Shown piece after piece: positions 35,900 through 50,487 of a stretch of DNA of 64,000 nt. Source of the DNA: Gracilinanus agilis (Eukaryota); NCBI RefSeq assembly GCF_016433145.1, contig NC_058130.1:165682703-165746702 (forward strand), in the 5' to 3' direction. The notes below the pieces were generated by a model. It was given only the letters and a program-made list of their open reading frames with translations, did not search any database and was not told where the DNA came from. Every line of letters begins with the position of its first letter. Position 1 is the stretch's first letter. The translations under genes were made by a program, and so were the position numbers.

Positions 35900-37730
35900 A
35901 AATAATGATATTTTAGAAGAGGCCATTATCATCTGTTTTGCCTCTGATTCCTAAAGACCATGGGACTTTTCCATCTGACTTGCAGCTGAAACCTCCCATA
36001 TATGTGGTCTTTCCCATTAGAGTATGGGCTCCTAGGGATTTTCCTCCTTGGGGGTAGGTGGCTCATGCTTCCTCTTCTTAAGCGCTGGGGGTCCTTTCAG
36101 GGCTTGTATGAGTGGGGTATAAGGGTGGTCTTCCCTCTTCCCAATTTACCACTTCTACTCGGGGTCTATTTTTTTATTTTTTAAACCTTTACCTTCTGTC
36201 TTGCTCTGGTCTGGTATTTGGGGACAAGGGAGAACTTGGAATGGCTTTGGGGGACCCATCCACACCCAGAACCAATCCCATTCATTGTCTCAGCAGAGAG
36301 GCCACAGGTTTTTGCTTCTGAGGTGGAAGTCCCAAGAAAGAGATAGCATCTGGAGATTTCTGCTTACCTGGAGAGCATATGAAATTACTCCAGCGAGTAT
36401 GCTGCAAAAGCTGCCACCCCATAACCTGACTGAAGCTCTCTTGCAGAACTCTCCTATTAGCAAGCTTCTGCTAAGTCTCTCTCAATAACACGGATGAGAG
36501 TGGTTTAAGCACCACCTCTGCAGAAGAGCAAGCTGAGGCATGGAAGGATGTCTGGCTGCAAAAGGCAGCGTAAAGCTGGGGGGCAGAGATTCTGCAGAGA
36601 CTTATACAGGAAATATTCCTACATGAAGACACATACAGAGGACAAGAAGTTTGATGTATCCCTTGAATGGAGATTACTCATGATTGAACTGACTTGATTT
36701 TTGGATCTGAGCCAAGAGAAAGAGATGCCCCCTTTGCTGGGCCTGGAGAACTCAGCCTGGCTGGAGCTGATGCCCCCTTCAGAGGATTTTGTGAGACTGA
36801 TGGAGCATCTTCAGCCAAGCATAGAGGAACAACTCCAGAAGTGTTTCTCTCTGTTCTGTTACCATATCCCAGACTTGCTCTAATCCCAGTTCGGATTCAA
36901 TGATAGTAAAACACTGAAGACAACAAAGGTACGGCTGCTGGCAGACGTGCTGTGCTGACAAGTGAGAAGTAGGAGGGCCAGAACACCAAGAAACAGCAGA
37001 AGGAACAGGCAGTGCTACTTGAAAAGCAGCATTCCACCTCTTTTCTGGTGCTCCTCTACTGTCTTGCACTGCTACAGGGGCCTCTTCCAGAACACAGGGT
37101 AAAAGCACAATCAGAGCTGGTCAGATTATTGCCCAGTACTTGTAGATCAAACACAGTGCTATGTTTTTGAAATTACCAATGGAGGAACCACAGATTTCTA
37201 CAAGACTACAATACTGAGTATTGGCTCCAAGGCAGAAGTGTAGTAAGGGTTAGGCAGTTAGGGTTAAGTCACTTGTCCAGGATCACACAGCTAGGAAGTA
37301 TCTGAGGTTAGATTTGAACCCAGGACCTGCCATCTCTGGACCTGGTTCTCAATCCACTGAGCCACACAGCTGCCCTTGAACTAGAGATTTTCACAAATAC
37401 TTTCACAGCTGGTAAGGTGCATTGCCTTTATAAGGGACAGTCTGGAAGGAGCCATTCTCCTTAACTTTGTTTTATGAAACCTCAAATTTACCTTTGTTTT
37501 ATGGGAACTTGCCTTCAAGGAACTCTCAGACTGAATGATAACCCATAAAGCACTCATTAAGCACCCTGAATAAGAGTGATAGATACTCAAATCTTAAATA
37601 CACTTTTTGGTTTCTTGGTTTCTCTTATTGTATTTGGGCCTCTCCCAGGTATCCTAGCCACAGGGTACAACCTCTTCCCAAACCCCTATGTAATGAGTCA
37701 GTTGTTCTTCCTTTCCTATACCCCCTTCAG

Positions 37731-38064
37731 CAGTGATGGTGAACCTTTCAGAGATTGTGTGCCATGCCCTGCTCTTGCCCCCCAGACACTGGGTGCTGTG
37801 CCCTGCCCTCCCAGAGCAAGTGCTGCATATGCCCCCCACCCCCTTATCCCACAGGGGAGGGAGAAAGAGCTCTCATTGGGTTGCTGGGCAGAGGGGTGGA
37901 TGATGTGAAAAAATGTCAGGAAGGATGGAGAGGGGGAAAGGAGCAGCTCTGCCTGAGTCCCTCCGCCTTTCTAGTAACAAACTCCGGTAGGCCAGGGTAT
38001 GCATGACCACAGAGATTCCTCTGTGTGCCATCTTTGGCATTGTGCCATAGGTTCACCATCACAG
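37731..38064. mobile_element. Second hAT MITE of the same family, 334 bp
   Basis: TIRs CAGTGATGGTGAACCT...AGGTTCACCATCACAG; degenerate TSD cccttcag/ccctaaag (6/8). Confidence 0.85.
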
Positions 38065-39209
38065 CCCTAAAGTATATTTAAGACCCCAAGTTCTTCAGTT
38101 TGACAAAGATTCCCATTTGGAGTGTGTTTTTTTGGAGACATTGTTCCCAGAGTTAGCTTGGTGTGGCATTGGCGTTGTGTGTGCATACTCTGTGGTGACC
38201 ATAAAAGCATTGTTTCTCTTGTCCCGATTAACAGTTCTTTCCAACTACTTTAGTGATTCTGTGTTTTTTCCAGGTTGACAGCTTATAGGAGCAAGACTTA
38301 AAAGAAATCATGCCAGGTCTTGAGCACTTATGAGGTAGTAGGTGAATTTGATAATCTAGGAAAGGAGGATACCCATTTGAAGCAGGCAACTAAGAAAAAT
38401 ACTGGGCTCTTTGGGGGTTTAATAAGTCTTACCATTTTGAGGGTTTTTGTTTAAACCCTTACCTTCCATCCTAGAATCAATACTGTGCATTAGTTCCAGG
38501 GCAGATCGGTAAGGGTTTGGCAATGGGGGTTAAGTGACTTGCCCAGGGTCATATAGCTAGGAAGTATCTGAGGCCAGATTTGAACCCAGGACCTCCCATC
38601 TTTAGGCCTGGCTCTCAATCCACTGAGCCACCCAGTTGCCCCCGCTATTTTAAATTTCTCAACAGAAAGTCACCAATTACTATACAATTTTGAGTTTTGT
38701 AGAAACCAAAGACCAGCATCCTTCTGCCTCAGCAGCACACATTCTTTCTGTCCTGTCACTCCTAGACAGGTATTGCCTTCAAAGGAAGGAATGAGGAGAT
38801 AAGAACTCTAGTGGATTAGGAATTCTCCTAGCTTCATTTCTGGTCTTAACAATAATCTGGCCATCCTAACACAATCAATCCTGCCTTTGGTCCAATAGTT
38901 TCTTAAATAAAATTATATAGTTTAAAAAAATAAAAAAATGTGACTTTAAGAGCAGAGACTATCTTACTTCTTATGAGACATGAAGTACAGAAAGATGGTG
39001 GACTTCTCTTAATGAATCAGTAAGATGGAGAAAGGGAGTCTTTCTATCAAAACAAGTCAAGTTTTGTGTTCCCAACCATAGGACATGGTTACCTCCCCAT
39101 AATCTTACTCCTTCTAAGCTCATGACGAACTCATGTATCTTGTTTTTTTTCTGATTGGGGTAGACTTCGTGTCTCCATTATAAGTCCTGGCCCCCAGACA
39201 ATAGGAGTT

Positions 39210-39773
39210 TGTAAGAGGGGAATTTAGATATTTAATTAAGGTATGGTGGTCGCCAGGAATCAGATTAGATTCCATATTTAAAATAGTCCCAAGTCAGTAT
39301 GGCTTATTTATAGAAGTTTATTTACAATTAGGAAGGTAGAAGGTAGAGAAATAGAGAGAAACTGGTCTGGACCAGCAGAGGTCTGGACGGGGCGAGAGCC
39401 TCCAGAAACACCAGAAAGGAAGTCAGCCTAACTTACCCACGTGACAATTCAGAGGGAAGCCTCCTGAGATCTCAGCAGAGATCCTTCAGCACCCAAGTTC
39501 AAAGGGCCAACGGCCTTCACAGGAAGTTACCAGCATATTTGAAGGATAGCATCTTTCGTCACTTCCCATATCCACCTCTAATTCAAGTGGACAAATGGCA
39601 GCCTCAACACTGTTTTGGACTGCCCAAAGGGCAGTTCCTTGTTCTTGATTTGTTACTTATTGTCATGTGTGGGTAACTCATCTCCTCCCCACTAAGCTGG
39701 GAGGGATGACATTATTTCTGATGGCTAGAGTCTAACTATGAATGAAGATGAGCTGAGCTAATTCCATTTACAC
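39210..39773 (-). mobile_element. LTR element nested inside an older plus-strand LTR
   Basis: tgtaag...ttacaca termini flanked by agtt on both sides. The host LTR resumes at 39774 with a TATA-like cctatataat, AATAAA and a cccaca end near 39963. Confidence 0.6.
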
Positions 39774-42700
39774 AAGTTGGACAGAAGAGGGAGAGGGTCT
39801 TGCTTCCGGAACCTATATAATATTTGTTTCTGAACCCATGAATTGCATTTGCCACATTAGGGCACTAGCCCTTTCTCATGAGAAAGAATAAAGGCTGTTT
39901 CTTCTACTCTCACTTTCTGACTCCAGGTTTTTAATTTTTGTGAGTGGTAGTTTTTGTCCCACAGTCCCAGTTGGAGCACAAATCTACCATTGCTATGTGC
40001 TTCTGCTGCAATTTGCTACTTATTGCCCCTGAGGATGAAGAGAAAACTGCACATGGGTACAAGCTCCTTTCTTCTCCCACCACAGGACTAAGGTGCTTAG
40101 CCCTGGGCTCTCTTTTAAAAATGAAAAGGAAACCCAAGAATTAGAGAGGAACCACAGAATGAGAAAGCTGATTATCACATAGTCATCAAGAAGCAGTTAA
40201 GGTCTCCAGAATTCAGTGTGGCACCCACCAGCAAGCAAATACTTACCTATAGCAAGCATGTTTATATCCTATTAGGAGTAATGATGCCATTTTCAGATAA
40301 TCCCCCTAGGGACTTTCTCAGTGTTAAAACAAAGAACTCAAAAGACATAATGACTCTGAGTAGACTGAATAGGTCTTGCCCAGTTCCCAGAAACTGCTGG
40401 ATTAAAGTTGAAAGAGGACAATCAAATCTGAAGAAGGAGAAACCCACTTCCAGCCATCCTATCCTCTGGGTGTTATATCTTTCCCAGGCTATTATAAATT
40501 CAAAAGACCTGGCTATTGTCCCCTCGCTTCCAAAAAAAACAAAACAAAACTATTTAATCCCTCCCTTTCTGTAGCTCAGTAGAACTGTTTTCCAGTGAGC
40601 CAGTGTTATAGTTTTGAAGGGCTTCCCAAATTATAATCTATTGGCTCTGATGAAAGACCCTTTATTATAACTCCTGTGGTAGTTTCATGTTTTTCAGGTC
40701 AACCAAAGGTGCCCGGTAGGTAATTGCTTCTGAACCAGAGGACATGGCTTATAATAGTGATGGCAAATCTTTTAGAGACCAAGTGCCCAAACTACAACCC
40801 TCACACAGTATGTGAGCCCCCCACCTTACCCCTGACAGGGGAAGGAGGAAGTGCTCTCTTTGGGCTGCCAGGCAGAGGGGGCAGGTGAAGTGAGAAATGT
40901 CCTCAGGCACATATGGAGAGGGGGAGTGGAGCAGTCCCCTCTGGCACAAGTGCTATAAATTGGCCAACACACGCCTTTAATATCATCACATTGATTGGTA
41001 TGCTCAAATTGTTCCTTGATTCCCAAGAATTGATTACCCCCTTCAGCAGGCTATGTCTTTGTAGTCTCTATGCCTTTATCCTTTCCAGGTTTCTTGATTC
41101 TAAATCATATTTTTTACCTTCCAACCCTATTTCCACTTTTACATTGAAGTCATTGAGTATTAAAGTATGTTGATTCATATTTCCTTTGGAACTCTTTATC
41201 TAGTTTGTCACAGAATTTCCCCTACCTCCTCATCCTGTGAACCAGTTATTGACTCATAAAAAGCACTTCTCTTCAATGACAATTTTTTTGCTTACATTCA
41301 TCAGGTGGCAAGACAGACTAAGTATCCCATGAAATTATGTTTCTTGTTGTTTATGGACATACAACAAAACCAACTTGTCACTTCCTTTATTTGCCTTTCT
41401 ATTGAGAATCTATGAGTCATCTTGACCTGTAGTGATAAGTTTCTTATATTTTCTTATTTCAAATGTGGTTAAAATATCAATATTTATATGATTCAGTTCC
41501 ACCAGGGGTATAAACTTGTTGGTCATGGGACAAGGAACTTGGAGTACTAAAATTAAATTGTTCATTTAAATTAATATTTATTAAGAAAGTCTAAAAACTG
41601 TAATTTTAAATTTAATTTGTTATTTTCCTTTTATGCCATCCTTTCACCATTTCCACTGAAATAGGACTGAGGTCATTTTGCATTTCCTTTCCTTATTGTG
41701 AGGCTATGTCTGAAGAATTCATATCCTAGTGCCAGTCTTCTAGTGAGGATCTTTTCCATACTTGGCTAGGTTGGGTCCTGGACAATATACACAATCTGTC
41801 ACCAAGACCATAACCAGCCCTACACTGAACCATATTAAAAATATATTATGTTAAGGATATAATAATGTGATAGGGATCTTACCCAACCCTGAATCCCTTG
41901 CTGGAGTATTTACTATACTCAGCAAAATTGACTGGTCCCCAGAAATAACCAAGTTCTTTTAATTAAATCAATAGAATTGACCCCCAAGTTCAGCATAGGA
42001 GTGTTGTATCCAGCTCTATGTAGCCTAAACCCCTAAGCCCATTGGCATGGGACTTTACTCATTGGTGGAAATCAATGCCCTGAACCTGAGGGATTTTGTG
42101 AATCCAAAAATCCTGGCTGTTACTTCTTCCTTTCCAAAAAACTATTTATTTAAGCCCTCCTTTTTGTAGATCAGTGGAGCTGCGTTCTAGTGAACTAGCG
42201 TTATGGTTTTGTACAGCTTCCCAAATCATAATCTTATCTGCTCCAATTTAAGACCCTTTATTGAGAGGGTGTCTCTGGGTCCATCTCAAATCCATGGGAC
42301 GATCTAAGGAGGGTAATCCACAGGGATGTTAGGGAGCAAAGGAATTTCCCTGTTTACAGTTTATCTGAGTTTTGGGTACAATGTCCATGCCATCTTCAGG
42401 ATTCTGGAAAGAAGCCAACATGAGAGGGGCCAGCAGTCTCTATCATCCCCATTCCTAGCTTACTACATTAGAGACTTCCTTTTGGTGGTGTGATCTGGGA
42501 CTTTTTCTCTTGGTTGAGCTGAGGTACCTTACCTCCAACAGGAGGCTGTTATCATTCTATATTGTCTCATATATATATTCTCAGATATATACTCTTTCCG
42601 ATTTCTGTTTTGCTATCAACTTGGAAAATGAGTTTCCTTGCTGTTTACTATTTGTGTGTTTCTTATAGAACTAGTATTTGGTGGGAAGGCTTAGATACAG

Positions 42701-43956
42701 AGCTAGAGGATCCCCTTCTCCATTAAGAATAGTGAACAGGGACAGCGAGGTAACAGTGGATAGAGTGTCAGTCCTGGAGATAGGAGGACCTGCTTTTAAA
42801 TCTGGCCTCAGACACTTCCTAGCTGTATGACCCTGGGCAAATCACTTAACCCTGGTTACCAGATTGCCTGGCCCTTGCCACTCTTCTGTCTTAGCACTGT
42901 TACAAAGATAGGAGGTAAGAATTTTTTAAAAATGAAAAGACTAGTGAGGAAGAGTTTAGTTTGAACCAAAAAATCACTTCCCCTAGGCATACCATTTAAA
43001 GGAGCAGATAGATAAAATTCTAGCCTGGGAAGCCCTCTCTCTGAGAGCAGAATGGAATCTGGCCCCAGGCCCCTGCTTCTCCCCCTGGCAGAAATGAAAG
43101 TCTTCCTAGAAAAAGGGAGCTGGAGAGAGAAAACATCAGAGATGTCTCACCTTGCTTCTCTTCAAGCCACACATGACATGGGGGATGCAGGAGAAACAAC
43201 CTTCCTACATGTAATGATGCAAAAGTGACATGAGTTGCCATCCAGTTCATTTTTTAACTAAGTTAATTAACAAACCAAGTAGGAACCCTTAATAAAATAA
43301 TAAAACATTTACATGAGGAAAGAATAGTAAAGTAACTCCGAGAGAAAATCAGTGGAATAATTCTCAGCCCCTTCTCCCCATATACAAAAGGGTACCATTT
43401 CCCACAATTTTCCATGTCAGTAGTGAGTACTACAAGGTGAGGAACAGTATTGGGAGTGCCTCAAAAGGCTCTGTCTTCCTGTAATCAGCTGGGCCTCGCC
43501 TTTTCTTGGTTTTCACCTAGCATAATAATCTAGATGTGCCCTTAGCTACTGATGTTATCACCCATTGTTGAGACCATCCTCAACCACCTTCTTGGTTTTA
43601 TTAGTCAGGCTACACTCCATATGGCTGATCCACCAGAGAGTTATTCAGGCAAATCTCTAGACCTTGCTTACTTATCTTCCCCTCACAGAAAGGCCCTCAG
43701 TTTCTTTTATGTTTATATAAATGGGCTGCTAGGTAGCTCAGTGGATAAAGTCCTGGGCCTGCAGTCAGGAAGATGAGTTCAAATCCTCAGACATGTACAA
43801 GCTGGGTGACTCTAGACAAATCACTTAACCCCATTTGTTTCAGTTTCCTTTTATGAGAAGTCAATGGCAAACCACTCTGGTATCTTTGCCAAGAAAACCC
43901 CAAATAGGTCATGAAGAGTCAAACATGGTTGAAAAATGACAGAACAACAAACATTT

Positions 43957-44143
43957 GTTTTTGTTTTTAAACCCTTAAGTTCTGTGTATTGGTTCCTTGG
44001 TGGAAGAGTGGTAAGGGTGGGCAATGGGGGTCAAGTGACTTGCCCAGGGTCACACAGCTGGGAAGTGTCTGAGGCCGGATTTGAACCTAGGACCTCCTGT
44101 CTCTAGGCCTGACTCTCAATCCACTGAGCTACCCAGCTGCCCA
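43957..44143 (-). mobile_element. Young SINE1_Mdo-like SINE at the tail of a MAR1
   Basis: TSD aacaaacattt at 43946-43956 and 44146-44156. Confidence 0.85.
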
Positions 44144-46441
44144 AGAACAAACATTTATATAGTGCTTTAAGATTTGCAAAGTGCTTCACATCTATTATTT
44201 CATTTGGTCTTCATAACAACCCTATGAGGCAAGTGCTATTATTATCTCTTATTTCAGTTGCCTCAATATCCTCATCTATAAAATGGGGATAAATTATAAT
44301 AGTCCCTATCTTCTAGGATTGTTGGGAGGATCAAATGAGATCATATTTGCAAAGTGCTTTTCAAATCTTTAAATCTCATAAAAATGCTATTTTTATTATT
44401 TCACATGGAAGAAATTGAGGTAAATAGGAGGTAAGTGACTTGCCCAGGATTACATAGCTGTTAAGTGTCTGAAGTGAGATTCAATCTCAGACCTTCCTGA
44501 CTCCAATGCCGTTTACTCTAACCACTGCACCATCTAGCAGTATTAGGGTAACTGAATTTCTTCTTACCTTTTTCTCTTCCAGGATAGTTTCATTGAATCA
44601 GAACCGGACATGGAACAGATATAGAACTGGAAAGATATTTAGAGGTTAGCAAATCTAGCCCCCTCATTTTAGAGGTGAGAAAACTGAGTTTTGAATTGCC
44701 CCAGGAACACACAAATGGTAATTGTCTGAGGTAGGATTTGAACCCCAGCACTCATTCCATACCACAAAGAGTTTCTAGTATAATCTTTAGTATAGCTGTG
44801 GCCAGAATACCTCTTCCCCATTTAGCAATACACTAAAAACAGTTGGCAGTCTTCTCTGAAATCCTCTAGCAACCTTAATGTGGGCCCCAGGGCCCCTCAG
44901 AGCTTGTGGACAAAGATCAAGTAAATATATGCTCAGTTATAACCTTGTATCTTTGATTGTAGGGGCTGAGGGGGTGGGGTTGGAGGGAGGATGGGGAGAA
45001 GAACAAATAAATTTTATCTACTTTTCTTTCCCAGTGACCCCCAAGGGTCCTCACTCTATTTTTTTTCTTTGTAAAAATGTATAAGAAGAGATCCTGATTT
45101 GAATTTTAAATCTGGCTCTGGTATGAGCTTGACCTTGGGACAAGTTAGTTACTTTCTTATGGGCCTCAACTTTCTCTTCTATAAGATGAAGAGGCTGGAC
45201 TAGATTATTTTCAAGTTTTTTTCTGGCTCTAAAAGTCTATGAGTATGTTTCTGCCTTTCTTAATTTTAAACTGGGGCTCATATTTTGCTTTTTGGGATGG
45301 TGTAGCCCCAGTTGACCAATTGAGACTTTCCTATTAATGGAACAGCTTTAAAGTTCCAGCTCTACTCTGCATACCACTTCCTTTGGAAGACCAGCTCTGA
45401 GAACCTTGGAATTTTCCCCTAAGAATCTTCCTCAGTTTGGGAGTAAACTGTATGCAATCTATTCATGGCCATTAAGGATCTTAAATCTGTTCTCATTCTC
45501 CTGGATCTCTCTCCAACAGTTAATACTATTCTAGAGCCACTTCTTCAAACTATCCAAGTAATTTCCCTAACTTCCTGTTTGGACCATGTTGCTCCTTTGC
45601 TCAAAAAAACTTTCCAGCATCTCCCTATTTCTAACTGAATAAAGTATATATGCTGGATTCTGGCATGCAAAATCCTCTATAATTTAGTTCCAACATACCT
45701 TTCCAGTTGTTCACTTATTCTGCAGTCCAGCCAAATCGGTTTACTTGATAACCTAAACTTTAGACTCCTAAAGTTTCTCATTTTACAACCCATTTTTGTT
45801 TACAACACCCCCTATACTTGAGATGGATTCTTTCCCTGTCTTTTTTTTTTTTTAACCCTTACTTTCTGTCTTAGTAACAATTCTAAGACAGAAGGGCAAG
45901 GGCCAAGCAAATTAAGTTACTTGCCCAAGGTCACACAGCTAGGAAGTGTCTGAAGCCAAATTTGAACTCAGGTCTGCCCAACTCGGGCCTGACACTTTAT
46001 TCACAGTGCCACCTTGCTGCCCGCTTCCCTATCTTTTTTGAAGCCCTTCCCTTTCTTCAAGGTCTTGATCTGGCACAAGCCTTTTCTGACATCCTCTGTC
46101 CAGACTCATCTTTTTAAAATAGCACTTTTTCTAAATCCCTCCTCAGTGCACAACATGTTATCTATCTTTTGGGTCATCTTCACTTGTGCATATGTCTTTT
46201 TCTTATTAGATTATGAGACTTTGAAGTCAAACAGTCGACTTTGTGCTAAGTCCTTTCTTTACAAAGAAAAACTTAAAACAGTCACTGCTTTCAAGCAGTT
46301 TATACTGTAATATAGGAAATAACATATGCATAAATAGATATGTATGAGATGTATACAGAGTTCATATAAGATAACCTTAGAAGGGAAGGCACTAGAAGCT
46401 GGGAGAAATAAAAAAGGCAAAATATGTTATATCTATCCATG

Positions 46442-46442
<1 letters not shown>

Positions 46443-46506
<64 letters not shown>
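46443..46506. repeat. (TCTA)16 tetranucleotide microsatellite
   Basis: Counted directly; followed by AT-rich low-complexity sequence to about 46800. Confidence 0.95.
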
Positions 46507-46511
<5 letters not shown>

Positions 46512-47169
46512 AGAACAGATTTGGTCCTTTTCACTTCTCTCTAATTAAGTTCTTCCCTAGTGAACTCATATATGTATGTGTATATAATATGCATTATATA
46601 TACACACAAAAATAATGGATAGATATGATACATATATCATGGATACATTCATGATAGGTTTTATATATCATAGACAGACATGATATATGTCATAGATAAA
46701 TGATATATACATCATGGATAGATATATCATAAATATATATCAAGATATAGGTATATCTGTGTATATAATATATATAAATTTAATAACCCATAAATAAAAT
46801 AAGGATTGAAATAATTTATGACTGAAAATGTATATAGCATAGCAGGAGATAAGAGGGCTGGCCTTCCAGGAAAACCTAGACTGAAGTCTTGCTATAAACC
46901 CTGGTCTAATAAAGAAAAGGAAACAGGGTAGATGCCCATCAAATGAGGAATGGGGAGAAAAATTACCAGTTGTTACGAGGAGTGATGTTATAATTATTTT
47001 TGTCAATATGAGACTTCGTCCTCTGCCTCTGGCCTCCATATGATCTACGAGGCTTAAGGCTAGTAGTGTATTACTTATTTCTACACCAGCCTGCCTCTGA
47101 GCAAATTCTAGTCTTTAATTTCGTAATCTGCGAAAGGTAATTGAATCGAACTGAACTGGTCTGAGCCAG

Positions 47170-47349
47170 CCTCTAGGCAGAATCCAATCGGATTCGTCCA
47201 GGGGTCCTGTCATATGTCACGTGTTGGCGCGGGGCCAATGGGCAGAGAGAGGGGCGGGGTCCGGTGGGCTTCCGAGGCAGGTACGAGTCGGCCGTGCAGG
47301 TTCCTCGGTCTACGTGCGGCAGTGCTTCTCGGCTGGTTGGTGTGGCGGC
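47170..47349 (+). promoter_or_regulatory. GALT promoter: E-box, CCAAT, GC box
   Basis: GTCACGTG 47216-47223, CCAAT 47235-47239, GGGGCGGGG 47251-47259, in a CpG island. Confidence 0.8.
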
Positions 47350-47425
47350 ATGGCAGCGAGCGCGGGCCCTGGTGGGGACTCCGAGGAGAGGCGGCCGCTG
47401 GAGGAGGTGGCCTTCCAGGCTAGCG
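47350..47425 (+). CDS. GALT: GALT exon 1
   Basis: gcggcATGG; MAASAGPGGDSEERRPLEEVAFQAS; donor G|gtaggg; phase 1 matches exon 2. Confidence 0.88.
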
Positions 47426-47628
47426 GTAGGGGCGGAGCTGCGGCCTGGGGCCGGTGCCGAGGCGGAAGCAGGGGGAGGCTGGGGTCTCGCGGTCCTAGGG
47501 GCCCCTCTCTCGCCCTCGAAGTTCCTAGTCCTTGGGACCAGGAGGCGTACAAGTGAACCCTGCCCTAGGGGTGGGGACGAGGACAACCCCTTGGCTAGGC
47601 CGGCATACTAGGGAGAGATCTGCGGTGA

Positions 47629-47970
<342 letters not shown>

Positions 47971-48295
47971 TAATAGCTAAATGGCTTAGACTTTCCCTGG
48001 GCTCTTCTTAGATGTCTCTATCTCTCCTCCCACTTTCATCTCAGCTCTCTCCAGAGATCCCTTTTTGGTCCTCTTTCATAAATCCCTAAATTGGCTTGGG
48101 GGTAGGGGAGAGCAAGAGCCTTGGGTCAGCCTCACCCACCGGATAGAATAGCTGGGTCAGCAGTCAAGACCAGAGTTTAAATGTGACCTCAGACACTAGC
48201 TTAGCTCTGACTCGGTTTCTTAATTTGTAAAATGGAGAATAAAAATAGCACCTACCAACCAGAATTGTGAGAATCAAATGCTATCATATTTATAA

Positions 48296-48448
<153 letters not shown>

Positions 48449-48535
48449 TAGAGACCCTGCCCCCTGGGGAAAAATGTGGTTTGGGGGGTGATTAATTTTT
48501 CCTTTTTAGACTTTTCTCTCTCATATCCTCCCTAG

Positions 48536-48584
48536 GACCCAGTGATCACCCCCTGTTCCAAGCAGAAGCTGCTCGAGGAGTTTG
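48536..48584 (+). CDS. GALT: GALT exon 4
   Basis: 49 nt; GPSDHPLFQAEAARGV. Confidence 0.96.
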
Positions 48585-48591
48585 GTAATGA

Positions 48592-49149
<558 letters not shown>

Positions 49150-49368
49150 TAGGTCTTAGAAGTCAGAACTAGTAGCAGTGGGTGGAGGTTCTAGAAAAGC
49201 ACATTAAGGCTTGATGTAGGTAAGAACTTTCTGTGCTTTGGGAGGTAGTGGAGTCCTCCTCATTGAAGGTCTTCCAATAGTAGCCAGAATACCACTTTTT
49301 GGACTAGGTGGTCTCTGAGGTCCCTTCCAGTAATGCATATGTTATCTCTGTGATTCTCCAGCCCCTAA

Positions 49369-49482
<114 letters not shown>

Positions 49483-49729
49483 TAAGCTCCTTGAGGCCAA
49501 GATGGTTTTGTTGGGGTCAGGGTGGGGTTGTGTCCGCCACCTGATACAGTGCTTGGCACATTGCAGGTACTTATTAAATGCTTGATGAATGTTTGTCCTT
49601 TATTCCTCTCCTCTATCTTATTCCAACCTATTTTATTTTCCCTCTAAATTAAGGGTCTGGGGGAGAGAGGTGCAGAGATTTTGGGATATAACCTGTAGAG
49701 GAAGGACAGAGAGAGAAGGGCTATAATAG

Positions 49730-49915
<186 letters not shown>

Positions 49916-50136
49916 TGAGGTGCACCTCTTATCTATCCCAAGCTTTAGGAGGGGCTCATTTAGGACATACCTTCATTCCCCACATCAGAAACTGAGCCTT
50001 CCACTTAGGAGTCAGTGGTTTCCTCTTTTTTCCCCCTTTGCCCCCAACTCTGTTGATAGATTATGAATGCCAGGAAAACTAAGCAAAGGCAGGACCAGCT
50101 CTGGGCCCTCAAAAGGCCCTTTCCCCCTTCCCCTGA

Positions 50137-50388
<252 letters not shown>

Positions 50389-50487
50389 TGACATCCTCAG
50401 ATGAGCCCTACCTATTCCCTCTAGTCTATTCCTCTGGAACTTTCCTCTGTCCCTTTGGTTATTTGGAGGGGCCTAGGGAGGTGTTTA

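Noticed and set aside
40218-40574. 118-aa ORF with a faint CR1 endonuclease-like WIKV segment
   Set aside because: Non-ATG start, no splice context, similarity too weak to call.
41700-42450. Stop-poor minus-strand segments suggestive of ERV gag/pol
   Set aside because: No diagnostic retroviral motif recognised; left unassigned.
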